From Candidatus Altimarinota bacterium (lineage in GTDB: Bacteria; Patescibacteriota; Gracilibacteria; JBDHUY01): a DNA stretch of 64,000 bases. The DNA lies in assembly GCA_039809385.1 (NCBI GenBank), contig JBDHUY010000005.1:62254-126253 (forward strand), read 5' to 3'. Below are positions 38,676-48,486 of this stretch, in pieces. The notes beneath the pieces are model-generated. The model ran no database searches. It was not told the origin of the DNA and saw nothing but the letters and a program-made list of their open reading frames with translations. The first letter of the stretch is position 1. Each line of letters starts with the position of its first letter. A program made the position numbers and the translations under genes.

Positions 38676-39620
38676 TCAATTTTTCTGATCATTTTTTATA
38701 AACCGGTCTATCTGCTTCAGCCACTCCCGTTGATAGTACTCGCGACGATCCTCGTTGTGAAATTTGAGCATATTCTCGGAAATAACTGTCCCGCTTTTGT
38801 CCGGCAAACGATCGTACTTGGCTAAAAGTCGCTTCATTTGCAAGCGGTCAATTAGTCGTTCCAAGGGTTTTCCTACAGGACTTAGAAAAAAATACTCCAG
38901 CATTTTTCGTATCTTTGAAGGATTTGATTCTATCTTTTTCCTTTGCAGCCTTTGCATATCTGGAAAGTACGCACCTAACCACGACCGATTTTGGGTATCT
39001 ATGTGCTCTCGTATCCCTTTATCATAGAGCGGGATTAACGTTCTTGCCCAGTAGGCCAGGTAGATATCTTGCGGCGAGAGCGCAATCTTTTCAAATTCCA
39101 GAGACGTTTCGGTACAATAAAAACTGAGGCAAAACCGATCCCGTATTTTTCTGCCGTGGCGACGTATTCCCAATACTTGGAAAAGCATTGTGGTAAGTAG
39201 TCGCCCGAGCAACAGATGTGTTTCTTCGGTAACGATAAAAAGATCGATATCCCCCTCCGGCGTGGCAACATCAAACGCCAAATTATTGCAAATAAATACG
39301 CCCTTGACGAACGGCAGGTGTCTCAGCCACGGGATAATATGTTTGCACTGTGCTAATCGTTTGAGCCGATCTGTTTCGCGTTTTTGGCGAAGAACAACCA
39401 GTTGCTCTCTTCCAGTTAGAAAATAGTAACTTTCTTTTTGCCCGATTTCCGAGTTTTCCCGCAGGACTTGGTCGATGCTGTCCGCGGACAGCCTTTTTCC
39501 TAACAGATATTGTTCAATCTGTGCTTTTGTGAGAGGCTGATCGAAGAGATCGAAGAAACAGAGTGTGGCTACAATTGCGTTATAGTCGGTGTTGGGGAAA
39601 AATGAATCCATGAATATCAT
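38676..39620 (-). CDS. Pol-beta-type nucleotidyltransferase domain protein (CPR family)
   Basis: FFDLFDQPLT, LPFVKGVFIC..EGDIDLFIV, RFCLSFY, DIYLAYW, MLKFHNEDRR. Confidence 0.8.
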   Translation of the reverse strand: MIFMDSFFPNTDYNAIVATLCFFDLFDQPLTKAQIEQYLLGKRLSADSIDQVLRENSEIGQKESYYFLTGREQLVVLRQKRETDRLKRLAQCKHIIPWLRHLPFVKGVFICNNLAFDVATPEGDIDLFIVTEETHLLLGRLLTTMLFQVLGIRRHGRKIRDRFCLSFYCTETSLEFEKIALSPQDIYLAYWARTLIPLYDKGIREHIDTQNRSWLGAYFPDMQRLQRKKIESNPSKIRKMLEYFFLSPVGKPLERLIDRLQMKRLLAKYDRLPDKSGTVISENMLKFHNEDRREYYQREWLKQIDRFIKNDQKN

Positions 39621-39960
39621 TGAAGCAAAAACCGTTAAACGCTTTCCAGCATACGGTACCAGTATATTTTTCTCAAGAGACAAGCTGGTATCGTACTTGG
39701 ATTTCAAGAATACAATTTCTAGGTTTATACATAAGACCATACGCATGATGCCAAAGTTCAAAATTCAAATACCAAAAACTAAAGCAGAAACAACAAATTT
39801 CTATCAATTTCTATTAATCGTATCTAAGAATGTGTATTTTGATCTTTGAATACTTCGGGTTTAATATGGCATATAGTCTTGATTTGTCGTATCGCTAGGC
39901 AGATCGGTTGAAATAAGCTACAATTGGGCCAGCTATTTTCTACTACTTTCTTTTGTACTT

Positions 39961-40383
39961 ATGAACAAGCATAAATTCGCCAAAAGCAGGGCACTCAAAG
40001 CGTACCGCGAAGATATCCAGGATTTTTCCGACCTTACCGATGACCAAACCCGTGAGCTTTTTCGTGAACTCAAAAAAGCCAGTGCGGATAAAGAACAGCA
40101 GCAACTGAAAGAACAGATTGCCGAAGGCTACTACGGCTTTGTCTTCATGACCGCCAGTACCTATACCGAGATCGAACACGTGCTGGTTGATTATGTGCAG
40201 GAAGGTATTTTGGGCCTTTTGGAAGCTGTAGAATCCTATGATGTCGAAGAATCCCAATCTTTCCTCGATTTTGCCACTCCCCTCATCCAAGCCAAAATCC
40301 GCGAATTCATCGAAGAGAACCCTCTTGCTCCCGAATTTCGCACCGATATTTTGCCATTCAATGAGATTCCGAAAGGAAAATGA
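39961..40383 (+). CDS. Sigma-70 region 1.2/2-only protein
   Basis: LKAYREDI..L, DYVQEGILGLLEAVESYD..SFLDFATPLI; no region 3 or 4. Confidence 0.75.
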   Translation: MNKHKFAKSRALKAYREDIQDFSDLTDDQTRELFRELKKASADKEQQQLKEQIAEGYYGFVFMTASTYTEIEHVLVDYVQEGILGLLEAVESYDVEESQSFLDFATPLIQAKIREFIEENPLAPEFRTDILPFNEIPKGK

Positions 40384-40493
40384 GGATGAGCTGACAGTTT
40401 ACAGCTAACAGCTGGAACAAGGCTTTCTCTTGAAAAAAACGAACATAACGGTAGCTCAAAATTCCCTTGTTCCATCCTATATCATCACCTATT

Positions 40494-41183
40494 CTACCAT
40501 CCACCAGGGGGTGGGGGCAGGTTTTTTAGCTCCGAAGCGGGTATTTGTTTAGGGGGATTGCCATTCCACAGTATATTCGAGAACGCATTCGCATACTGCT
40601 CTTCGGCTTCTTTAACTCTCTGTTCCCTAGTATATAATAATGCTTGACATCGGCGTTCGTGTCCCTGAGGATCTTTTTTCCCGCTTGCGATAAAAGACGT
40701 ACGTGCTTGGGAAAAATTAGTATGATATTCTTGATATGCACTGTTTACCTCTTGTTGCATCCTATTTCTTGCCAGTACTAATTTCGCCACTCCCTCTTCT
40801 TTACGGTGTGTCAGGATAGTACATTCACGAGCTACAAATCTGTAGGAATCCTCAATCTTAGTAAACTCCTGATAAATAGCTAATTCCATTGTGTGTAATC
40901 TGTCTAACTGCTCCTGAGTCTCTGCGCTTTGACGTAATTTCTCTGCGTCTTTTTTCTTCTGCCCTAGAAGTTTTTCTGCCTTATCTAGTTCTTGTTGGCC
41001 TTTAAAGTCTATTTGTTTGCCCCTGCTTTTTTCACAGAAATCTATGATATTCTGTACAGCTTTCCTTGTCTCTGCGCTTTGTAAATCTGCAGCCTCGCTC
41101 TGCTGCTGTTTGTCACTTTGACAAGCGTTTAGCATTAGAGCTGCGGTAAGCCCTACTATTCGTAAAGTGTCACCTAGTTTCAT
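40494..41183 (-). CDS. Hypothetical lipoprotein
   Basis: Lipobox LMLNAC; helical coiled-coil body. Confidence 0.65.
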   Translation of the reverse strand: MKLGDTLRIVGLTAALMLNACQSDKQQQSEAADLQSAETRKAVQNIIDFCEKSRGKQIDFKGQQELDKAEKLLGQKKKDAEKLRQSAETQEQLDRLHTMELAIYQEFTKIEDSYRFVARECTILTHRKEEGVAKLVLARNRMQQEVNSAYQEYHTNFSQARTSFIASGKKDPQGHERRCQALLYTREQRVKEAEEQYANAFSNILWNGNPPKQIPASELKNLPPPPGGW

Positions 41184-41391
41184 TTCGAAATAAAGCTAAA
41201 AATATAAGATTAGGATAGTAAAGATAAAAAAGTATTTGTCAAATCTTTCGTTCCGAATTTTCCCTCAATTTCAAAAAAGCCTTGTAACTCATCCCCATCG
41301 GTATGATTATGAGAGATACGCTGACTTTGTCTGACGGTTCATTCTGATTTGGGTATGTTCTTAACTATTATTCTTACTCCACCTGCCTTTT

Positions 41392-42441
41392 CTACACCAG
41401 CAGTCGCCCCTGAACTCCCGGCTCCTTGATGCCCAAATGCTGGTACGCTTTTTCGGTGGCTTTGCGTCCGCGGGGCGTACGTTCCAGAAAACCGATCTGG
41501 ATGAGGTAGGGTTCGTACACGTCTTCGATGGTGTTCTCGTCTTCGGAAGTAGCGGCGGCCAGCGTATTTACTCCGATCGGACCACCACCGAACTTCTCAA
41601 TCAACGTGCTCAAAATCAGACGGTCATTTTGGTCGAGTCCCAGATGGTCGACCTGCAGGTTTTCCAGAGACTCGCGCGAGACGGATTCGGTGATACTTCC
41701 CTGATGTAATACGTCGGCAAAGTCCCGGATGCGTTTGAGCAACCGGTTAGCAACCCGCGGAGTTCCGCGGGCTCTTCCCGCAATCATGCTTACGGCTGTT
41801 TTTTCCATGTCGCATTGTAATATCTGGGCCGAGCGCGTCAGGATCGATTCGATCTCCCCGGGAGTATAAAAGTCCAGTTTGATGATCGAGCCGAAGCGGT
41901 CGCGTAAAGGAGAAGATAACATGCTCATTTTGGTCGTTGCGGCAACCAGCGTAAACTTGGGCAGATTGAGCCGCATAGAACGGGCGGCCGGACCTTTTCC
42001 GACCATAATATCAATGGCGTAGTCTTCCATGGCGCTGTAGAGGATCTCCTCGACATTGCTGCGCAGCCGGTGAATCTCGTCGATAAAGAGCACATCGCCT
42101 TCTTTCAGGTTCGTAATGATTGAAGCAAGATCGCCTTGTTTCTCCAGGACGGGCCCCGAGGTCAGTTTGATGTTTACGCCCATTTCATGCGCAATGATAT
42201 GAGCAAGTGTCGTTTTTCCCAAGCCCGGCGGACCGTAAAACAACAGATGTTCCAGCGGTTCCTGCCGTTTCTTGGCGGCGGCGATATAGACTTTCAGCTG
42301 TTCCTTGGCTTTTTGCTGACCGACATACTCTGAGAGCGATTTAGGACGCAGCGAAATATCCAGACCGCCGGTCTCGTCGCCTTTGGGATTGCTTTGGATG
42401 ATACGCTCAGGTTTTGGTGATTTGTTGGAGCTTTGGATCAT
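41392..42441 (-). CDS. ruvB: Holliday junction branch migration helicase RuvB
   Basis: [48 protein letters not shown]. Confidence 0.98.
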   Translation of the reverse strand: MIQSSNKSPKPERIIQSNPKGDETGGLDISLRPKSLSEYVGQQKAKEQLKVYIAAAKKRQEPLEHLLFYGPPGLGKTTLAHIIAHEMGVNIKLTSGPVLEKQGDLASIITNLKEGDVLFIDEIHRLRSNVEEILYSAMEDYAIDIMVGKGPAARSMRLNLPKFTLVAATTKMSMLSSPLRDRFGSIIKLDFYTPGEIESILTRSAQILQCDMEKTAVSMIAGRARGTPRVANRLLKRIRDFADVLHQGSITESVSRESLENLQVDHLGLDQNDRLILSTLIEKFGGGPIGVNTLAAATSEDENTIEDVYEPYLIQIGFLERTPRGRKATEKAYQHLGIKEPGVQGRLLV

Positions 42442-42465
42442 GGGGAAGTAACGAGAGATAAGTGG

Positions 42466-42837
42466 CTAGTGATCAGTGGAAAGTGTCAATTTTTTATAGA
42501 AAGAACGAAGCATCTTTGATAGTTCTTCGATTTGAAGATTAAGTTGAGCATACTTTTCCTTGCTTATATATTTTTGTTTTTCCGATACAATGATCTGTGT
42601 TTCTAGTTCTGCGAGGGACCCCATTGCTATCGAGATGAAGAGGGCAAAATCTTTGTTTGTAGTTCTCTGACTACCTTCCGCAATGTTTGAAGGAATTGAA
42701 ATTGCAGAACGTCTCATTTGTGCGGTAATACCGAATACTTCTTCTTTAGGAAAGGTTCTGGTAATTTCATATATTTCTTGGACAAGGTCTATTCCTTTTT
42801 GCCATTTTTTTAATTTTTTGTAGGGCAAGTTTAGCAT
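42466..42837 (-). CDS. Four-helix bundle protein (23S rRNA IVP/TIGR02436-like)
   Basis: FPKEEVFGITAQMRRSAISIPSNIAEG..F..IAMGSLAELETQ. Confidence 0.93.
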   Translation of the reverse strand: MLNLPYKKLKKWQKGIDLVQEIYEITRTFPKEEVFGITAQMRRSAISIPSNIAEGSQRTTNKDFALFISIAMGSLAELETQIIVSEKQKYISKEKYAQLNLQIEELSKMLRSFYKKLTLSTDH

Positions 42838-42905
42838 AGATGTCTGTATTTAGGAAAAATTAAAAATGTCTTGAATACGGGAGAAAGCATCTTACCACGA
42901 ACCAC

Positions 42906-43556
42906 TTATTTACAATTCCTTTTCTTCCACTCCTCGATCTCTTTGTGATTGCCCGAAAAGAGGACATCCGGAACTTTGAGTCCTTTGAAGTCGCGCGGCT
43001 GGGTGTAGAGGGGATATTCTTTTTTGCCTTCCAGTTTTTCCGAGAATGATTCTTCGATCACCGAGTCGTATTTACCCAAAACCCCGGGCACGAAGCGACA
43101 TGTCGCTTCAATAAATGCCATGGCGGCAATTTCGCCCCCCGACAAGACGTAATCTCCCATCGAAACTTCATAGTCGACAAATGTGTCTATGACCCGCTGG
43201 TCGATCCCTTCATAGCGTCCGCAGATCAAGATCAGGCTTTGGTATTGGGAAAAACGTTCTACTTTTTTCTGAGTCAATTTATGACCGCGGGGCGTAAAGT
43301 AGACAACCGGTGTCTTCTTCTGGGCTTGCTTTTTGATATATTCCAAAGCTTTAAAAAGCGGTTCGGGCTTTAAAATCATCCCAGGTCCGCCGCCAAAAGG
43401 CCGGTCGTCGACAATCTTGTGTTTCCCTTCGGCAAAGTCCCGCAACTGGTAGAATCTGGTTTGAACCAGACCGTCTTTGATGGCTTTGCCCAGTAAAGAA
43501 ACCTTGAACGGCGAGTCGAAAAATTCGGGAAAAAGGGTCAGGATGTGAAATTGCAT
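42906..43556 (-). CDS. trmD: tRNA (guanine37-N1)-methyltransferase
   Basis: VDDRPFGGGPGM, CGRYEGIDQR, GDYVLSGGE, EYPLYTQP. Confidence 0.98.
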   Translation of the reverse strand: MQFHILTLFPEFFDSPFKVSLLGKAIKDGLVQTRFYQLRDFAEGKHKIVDDRPFGGGPGMILKPEPLFKALEYIKKQAQKKTPVVYFTPRGHKLTQKKVERFSQYQSLILICGRYEGIDQRVIDTFVDYEVSMGDYVLSGGEIAAMAFIEATCRFVPGVLGKYDSVIEESFSEKLEGKKEYPLYTQPRDFKGLKVPDVLFSGNHKEIEEWKKRNCK

Positions 43557-43630
43557 AGAAAAACGTATATAGAACTGTTATGCAGAAAAACCAAGGTCTT
43601 TTCAAGAGAACCCGAAAAACATATTCTTGT

Positions 43631-44362
43631 TCATCGCTGAAATGCTCTATACGAACTGCTTATTTTTTCGTGAAGCATGGCCCGGTGAAAGTTAAATATT
43701 GACGAAAACCGCCCGGCTGCTTGTACCGCTTTTGTGTCATAGAAAATCTCATGGAGTGTTTGTGCTTCCAAAATCATCAAACGGTCAGCTAACAACAAAG
43801 CTTCTTCGGTATCGTGCGTTACGAAAATGATCGATTTTCGACTCGCTTTTTGAACATCCAAAAGCCATTGCTGCATCTGTTCGCGGTTCTGCGTGTCCAA
43901 TGCTCCAAAAGGCTCATCCATCAGAACGATATCCGGATCGGTAGCAAATGTCCTGGCAAAAGAGACTCTTTGGGATTCCCCTCCCGACAGCTCAGCAGGG
44001 TAAGACTGTTGCTTGTGCATCAATCCGATTGCTTTCAATTGTATTTCGATGATTTCTGCTTGTTCGCGTTTGCTTTTTTCCGCGATACCGAAAGCGATAT
44101 TTTGTCCTGCGGTAAGCCAGGGGAATAGTCGTGATTCCTGGAAAATCATACCGATTTTTGCTCGCACTGTCAGATTGCCCTGGTGCGGGATAATTCCAGC
44201 AAGGCTTTTCAATAAACTAGTTTTCCCGCTGCCGGAAACTCCCAGTATTACCAACATCATTCCTCTATGGAGTACCAGGTTTACACTTTTCAGTACTGTT
44301 TGTGTTCCAACGCGGACGCCGAAATTTTGTGCTTCCAGTATCCGACTGGTCTTGGTGATCAT
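43631..44362 (-). CDS. ABC transporter ATP-binding protein (SsuB/TauB type)
   Basis: GVSGSGKTS, LFPWLT, LSGGESQR, MDEPFGALD. Confidence 0.92.
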   Translation of the reverse strand: MITKTSRILEAQNFGVRVGTQTVLKSVNLVLHRGMMLVILGVSGSGKTSLLKSLAGIIPHQGNLTVRAKIGMIFQESRLFPWLTAGQNIAFGIAEKSKREQAEIIEIQLKAIGLMHKQQSYPAELSGGESQRVSFARTFATDPDIVLMDEPFGALDTQNREQMQQWLLDVQKASRKSIIFVTHDTEEALLLADRLMILEAQTLHEIFYDTKAVQAAGRFSSIFNFHRAMLHEKISSSYRAFQR

Positions 44363-44363
44363 C

Positions 44364-45152
44364 TTATAAATATTTAATCCAAGGAAATAAGAATCTGCTT
44401 ATACACTGCAGACCTTTATCCAGTAAAGCCCCGCCAATGCCAAGTATTACTAATATTGCGACCATTTCGTCGGTACGATAGGACAGCTGAGCAAGTGAAA
44501 TGCGGTAACCGATTCCATTTGACGATCCGGTCAGCTCGGAGACGAATACCATCACACACGCCAGAGCTGTACCCGAACGCATTCCTGTTAGAATGAACGG
44601 GGCTGCCGCAGGAATATTGATTCTAAACACACGCTCCAGTTTCGAGTGACATAAAAGCCGACCGCATTCTTCCCACTGCGTATCGTTCCGGCTGCATCCG
44701 ATATGTGTATTAATCCAAACCGGAAAAACTACGGCACAGGCAATCATGATAATCTTGGCCGAAGTATCTATGCCAAACCATAGAATAAATAACGGGATCA
44801 GTGCTACGGGAGGGAGTGGTCTCAGGCTTTGCATAAGCGGACTCAATACTTTGTCGCTCCAGGCAAAGTTCCCGGTTATGATTCCAATCACGCACCCTGC
44901 GAGTGAGCCAAGAGTGTAACCGCATAGGACCCTCCAGGAACTTTGTACGATATCTAGGAGGATGCTCCCCGATATGAATAGTTCTATGAGCACTTGCAAG
45001 ATTCGACTAGGCGCGGGAAATAGTAGAGGAGGAAAAACATTATTGCGGGAGCAATATTCCCAGAAAACCAGCACGAAACTGATACTGATCCAGGTCCAGC
45101 TATTTCTGGCTAGTAACATCAGGATTTTGAAGGACGGTTGAGTTGCATTCAT
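44364..45152 (-). CDS. ABC transporter permease (SsuC/TauC type)
   Basis: LFPAPS, RPLPPVALIPLFILWFG, GIGYRI. Confidence 0.92.
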   Translation of the reverse strand: MNATQPSFKILMLLARNSWTWISISFVLVFWEYCSRNNVFPPLLFPAPSRILQVLIELFISGSILLDIVQSSWRVLCGYTLGSLAGCVIGIITGNFAWSDKVLSPLMQSLRPLPPVALIPLFILWFGIDTSAKIIMIACAVVFPVWINTHIGCSRNDTQWEECGRLLCHSKLERVFRINIPAAAPFILTGMRSGTALACVMVFVSELTGSSNGIGYRISLAQLSYRTDEMVAILVILGIGGALLDKGLQCISRFLFPWIKYL

Positions 45153-45159
45153 AATCTAA

Positions 45160-45410
45160 AATCAAGGCAGAAATAACTTTTTCTGACTCCTCCGCGGGCA
45201 ATACAATTCCTGCTTGCTCTTATCTGGATCAGGATGTTGAAAAATGTTTTTTCGACATCGTAGCCAGGAGGAATCTCAAAATATTCGATAGTTCACGTTG
45301 TCATAGTATGCTGAGCACGATTATTGCAGAGCAATGTTCTATCGTGCGAAAACAGTGACTTCTTTTTTGTACTTCTGGCCGACAGGAATACGAAACTTTG
45401 CACATAGAGT
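45160..45410 (-). pseudogene. Possible degraded cupin gene remnant inside the ABC operon
   Basis: Broken frames give YFEIPPGYDVEKH..HPD..EQAGIVL, resembling cupin motif 1, with stops and frameshifts. Confidence 0.35.
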
Positions 45411-45415
45411 ATGTT

Positions 45416-46420
45416 TTAACCGTTTGCGATTTCGACACGCGCAGGATCAATTGATCGCAATAATTCGGTCTCAATCGCCTCACGTGGGTTGTGAAGCGAA
45501 CCAGTCGGACTGACTTTTTGTGTTTCTTGTGCCCAGACGCTCTGTCTTTGCCAATACTCTTCCAGCTGTGGGGTCAGGGCGACCCGAAAATCAAAGTTCT
45601 GCCAGATGCCTTGAATAGTTTCCGGGTCGAGTTTTGTATATTTCCCGACAATGCTTTGAGCCTCCCGAGGATATTTTTGCGCATAATCTTCCGCATCAAT
45701 CAGGGCTCGCAGAATTTTTTTTACAGTGTCTCTGTTTCGCGACAATGTCGGAGAAACTTCCAATACGTATAACTCGGAATACAAAGATGTATCCGTAAAT
45801 GTCAGGCTCTCACCCTCCATCTGACGTTCTGCGATGAACGCAAACGGATCGAATATGGCGATGGCATCGACATTTCCCGTTTTTAATGCCACAGGCATGT
45901 CACTTGGCTGCAGACTTATGATTTCCACATCTTGCCGGCCCAGTTTGTTTTTTTGCATGAAATCATATGTAAAAAACTCCGGTCCTCCCCCGAGCGATGT
46001 AGCCAGTTTGCGTTTCCCGCTTTTGAAAAATGCTTCAGGGGTAGCTAGTCCCGATTCTTTTTTGGCGACAATTCGTACTTCGTTGGTCGTTTTTGCAACG
46101 ACCTGAGCAGGGACGCTAAATGTATGACCCTGCATGAGTGCCAAGCCTGCCGGGACGTCTCCCGAGATGCTCATGTCGAGCGATCCGGACAACAGCGCTT
46201 CAAGTGCGAATTTACCGGCGGTAAATTCGCGTAAATCCACTGTAACTCCGTTTTTTTCAAAAAAACCTTTTTCCGCCGCGACCATAACCAGCGCCATCGC
46301 CGGAGAGTTCTGAAAACCGATTCTCACGTTTGATTGGGAAGGAGTTCTGGTCATTGCGCATCCTGCCAATCCGATTATCGACAGACAGACAATGACAGAT
46401 AGCGGAATTATTCTTTTCAT
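45416..46420 (-). CDS. ABC substrate-binding lipoprotein (NMT1/SsuA type)
   Basis: Lipobox LAGC; VAAEKGFF, FTAGKFALEALLSG, VDAIAIFDPF. Confidence 0.9.
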   Translation of the reverse strand: MKRIIPLSVIVCLSIIGLAGCAMTRTPSQSNVRIGFQNSPAMALVMVAAEKGFFEKNGVTVDLREFTAGKFALEALLSGSLDMSISGDVPAGLALMQGHTFSVPAQVVAKTTNEVRIVAKKESGLATPEAFFKSGKRKLATSLGGGPEFFTYDFMQKNKLGRQDVEIISLQPSDMPVALKTGNVDAIAIFDPFAFIAERQMEGESLTFTDTSLYSELYVLEVSPTLSRNRDTVKKILRALIDAEDYAQKYPREAQSIVGKYTKLDPETIQGIWQNFDFRVALTPQLEEYWQRQSVWAQETQKVSPTGSLHNPREAIETELLRSIDPARVEIANG

Positions 46421-46577
46421 AGATTTGATCAAACTAAAGTGATAAATAATTGTCGCTCTACTACGACGATCTGTTTTGTTTCCATTGTAAGAATTTTCTT
46501 TTTACAAAAAATACTGTTGTCGTATTCGGACGACAATCGTGATATACTTTCTTCCGGAGTATATCTTTATCCGGCTT

Positions 46578-47414
46578 ATGATGAGTCTCTCGGATATTCT
46601 GGCAGATTTGGGTATCAGTCCCGACGAAACGGCAGTGTACGAAACAATTCTGGAAACGGGACCTGTGACAGTACAGCAATTGAGTCGTCGCATGCAGCGT
46701 CCGCGCACATCTCTCTATGGTTTTTTGAACAGATTGGAAGCAAAAGGACTCACCGCCCGCTCACAATCTGGCGGAGTAACTACTTTTGTCGCGCTTTCTC
46801 CTCATCGTGTCAGTATGCTGTTTGAGCAAAAGGCCGAGCATCTTATCGACCGTCATAAGCAGTTCAGGATGCTATTGCCTTTTTTGGAATCTGCTGTCCG
46901 TGAGGCAGCCCGGCGTCCGCGGTTTCAGCTGTATGAAGGGGCTGCCGGTTTGAAACATATTCTCAAAGACATGCTGCTGTATCCCGATACTGTTACCTCC
47001 GCATTCTGGCCTATCCGGTCGATGCTGGATGTCCTTACCGCTGATTTTTTTCGCTACTTGAATCGTGAGCGTATTCTCAATAAAATCACTACCCGCGCGC
47101 TCTGGCCTCGCGATCAGATAGTCGATCCCAAAGACTACCCTTTTTTGGGTGCCGGTCTGGATTTTTATCGTGAAATACGCATAGCTCCTCACGATCTCAC
47201 GACCACAATGGGATACTGGCTGTATGGTCAAAAAGCCGCTTTCGTCTCTTCGCGGGCTGAGACGTTCGGTTTTATCATCGAGAGTCCCGAATTGGTTGCA
47301 ATGTTACAGAATCAGTTTGATTTTTTATGGAACTTGTCCACACCCCTGTATATCGATCCGAAATATACCGATGTTTTTTTGCATGAGTTGGGTTTGGGAA
47401 AAATCGAAGAATAA
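46578..47414 (+). CDS. TrmB-family transcriptional regulator
   Basis: LGISPDETAVY..PRTSLYGFLNRLEAKGL wHTH; C-terminal YGQKAAFVS..IIESPELV..FDFLW. Confidence 0.9.
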   Translation: MMSLSDILADLGISPDETAVYETILETGPVTVQQLSRRMQRPRTSLYGFLNRLEAKGLTARSQSGGVTTFVALSPHRVSMLFEQKAEHLIDRHKQFRMLLPFLESAVREAARRPRFQLYEGAAGLKHILKDMLLYPDTVTSAFWPIRSMLDVLTADFFRYLNRERILNKITTRALWPRDQIVDPKDYPFLGAGLDFYREIRIAPHDLTTTMGYWLYGQKAAFVSSRAETFGFIIESPELVAMLQNQFDFLWNLSTPLYIDPKYTDVFLHELGLGKIEE

Positions 47415-47429
47415 CAACTGCGAAGTGTG

Positions 47430-48059
47430 TTATGGATTTCGGTCTTTTTTCCCGGGGGCATGTTTTTTTGAGCGAAACAGCAGGTAGACAATTCCCAGAC
47501 CGATGAGGAATGTGAGTACGCTGAGTGGCAGCAGATAGGCTTTCCAATGCTCCCATGATTCTCCCAAAAAATACCCGATAAAGATAAACGTTGTTACCCA
47601 CAGGGCGGTGCCGATGGCGTCGTAAAGGGCAAACTTATGTACTTCGTATTTGGCAGTGCCGATTGTAATGGGTAGTAATGTTCGAAATACGGAGAGATAC
47701 CGACCCACAATGACAGCGAATGGGCCGTATTTTTCAAAAAAATTATGTACTTTCTCAAAATGAACATCTTTATACCCAAACTTTTTGCCGATATTCTTGA
47801 CGACTATTTCTCCAAAACGGTGTCCGATCCAGAAACCGACCAGGTCTCCGGCATATCCGCCCAAAAATGCGATAATGAGTATGGTTGTGAGATCTATATT
47901 GCCGTGCGAGGCCAGAATCCCTCCCAAAACAACAGTGGCTTCTCCCGGGATAATAAACCCCAGGAAAGCCGAGCATTCTAAAAAAACGGCAATTCCTACG
48001 ATGAGAGCGCCATACTGTTGGATCCATAGTTGCACCTGAGCCATGATCGTTTGTTCCAT
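47430..48059 (-). CDS. DedA family membrane protein
   Basis: FLE..LGFIIPGE, GDLVGFWIG, VGRYLSVFR. Confidence 0.93.
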   Translation of the reverse strand: MEQTIMAQVQLWIQQYGALIVGIAVFLECSAFLGFIIPGEATVVLGGILASHGNIDLTTILIIAFLGGYAGDLVGFWIGHRFGEIVVKNIGKKFGYKDVHFEKVHNFFEKYGPFAVIVGRYLSVFRTLLPITIGTAKYEVHKFALYDAIGTALWVTTFIFIGYFLGESWEHWKAYLLPLSVLTFLIGLGIVYLLFRSKKHAPGKKDRNP

Positions 48060-48185
48060 AGTTTCTTGTTAACAAAAGCCATTCTACCGGTTTTGTTGAA
48101 TAAAACCAGTAAAAAAATATGCCCAAGATGTTTGCGTAAGTATAAAAATAGTATAAAATATAATTGCCTTTTAAAATAAAAATAT

Positions 48186-48392
48186 ATGGGAATCTTATCT
48201 ACAATCAAAGGTGGAGATGAAGATGAAACTCTATCTCCGGAAGATGATACCAGAAAGAAGCAGCAGCAATTAGATGATGAAATTCGCCACATAGAAGAAT
48301 CATTGGGACTGGACGAATTCGGTGAGAAAGTTAGTGTTCCTCTTTACAGGCAGCAATATCAGACTCGTCAAGTGATACGACGTACTCTCTAG
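48186..48392 (+). CDS. Small hypothetical protein
   Basis: 68-aa acidic ATG ORF in an otherwise empty gap upstream of gyrA. Confidence 0.45.
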   Translation: MGILSTIKGGDEDETLSPEDDTRKKQQQLDDEIRHIEESLGLDEFGEKVSVPLYRQQYQTRQVIRRTL

Positions 48393-48486
48393 GCTTTAAA
48401 CTTGGCATTTCCCCTTTCCTTTTTTTCGGAATCGGGTATAGTTATTCCGCTTTGGAAATAGCTTTTTTTCTTATTGCACATTTTTT

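Noticed and set aside
42466-42837. Diversity-generating retroelement (Avd-like gene)
   Set aside because: No reverse transcriptase and no TR/VR pair with adenine-specific mismatches in the window.
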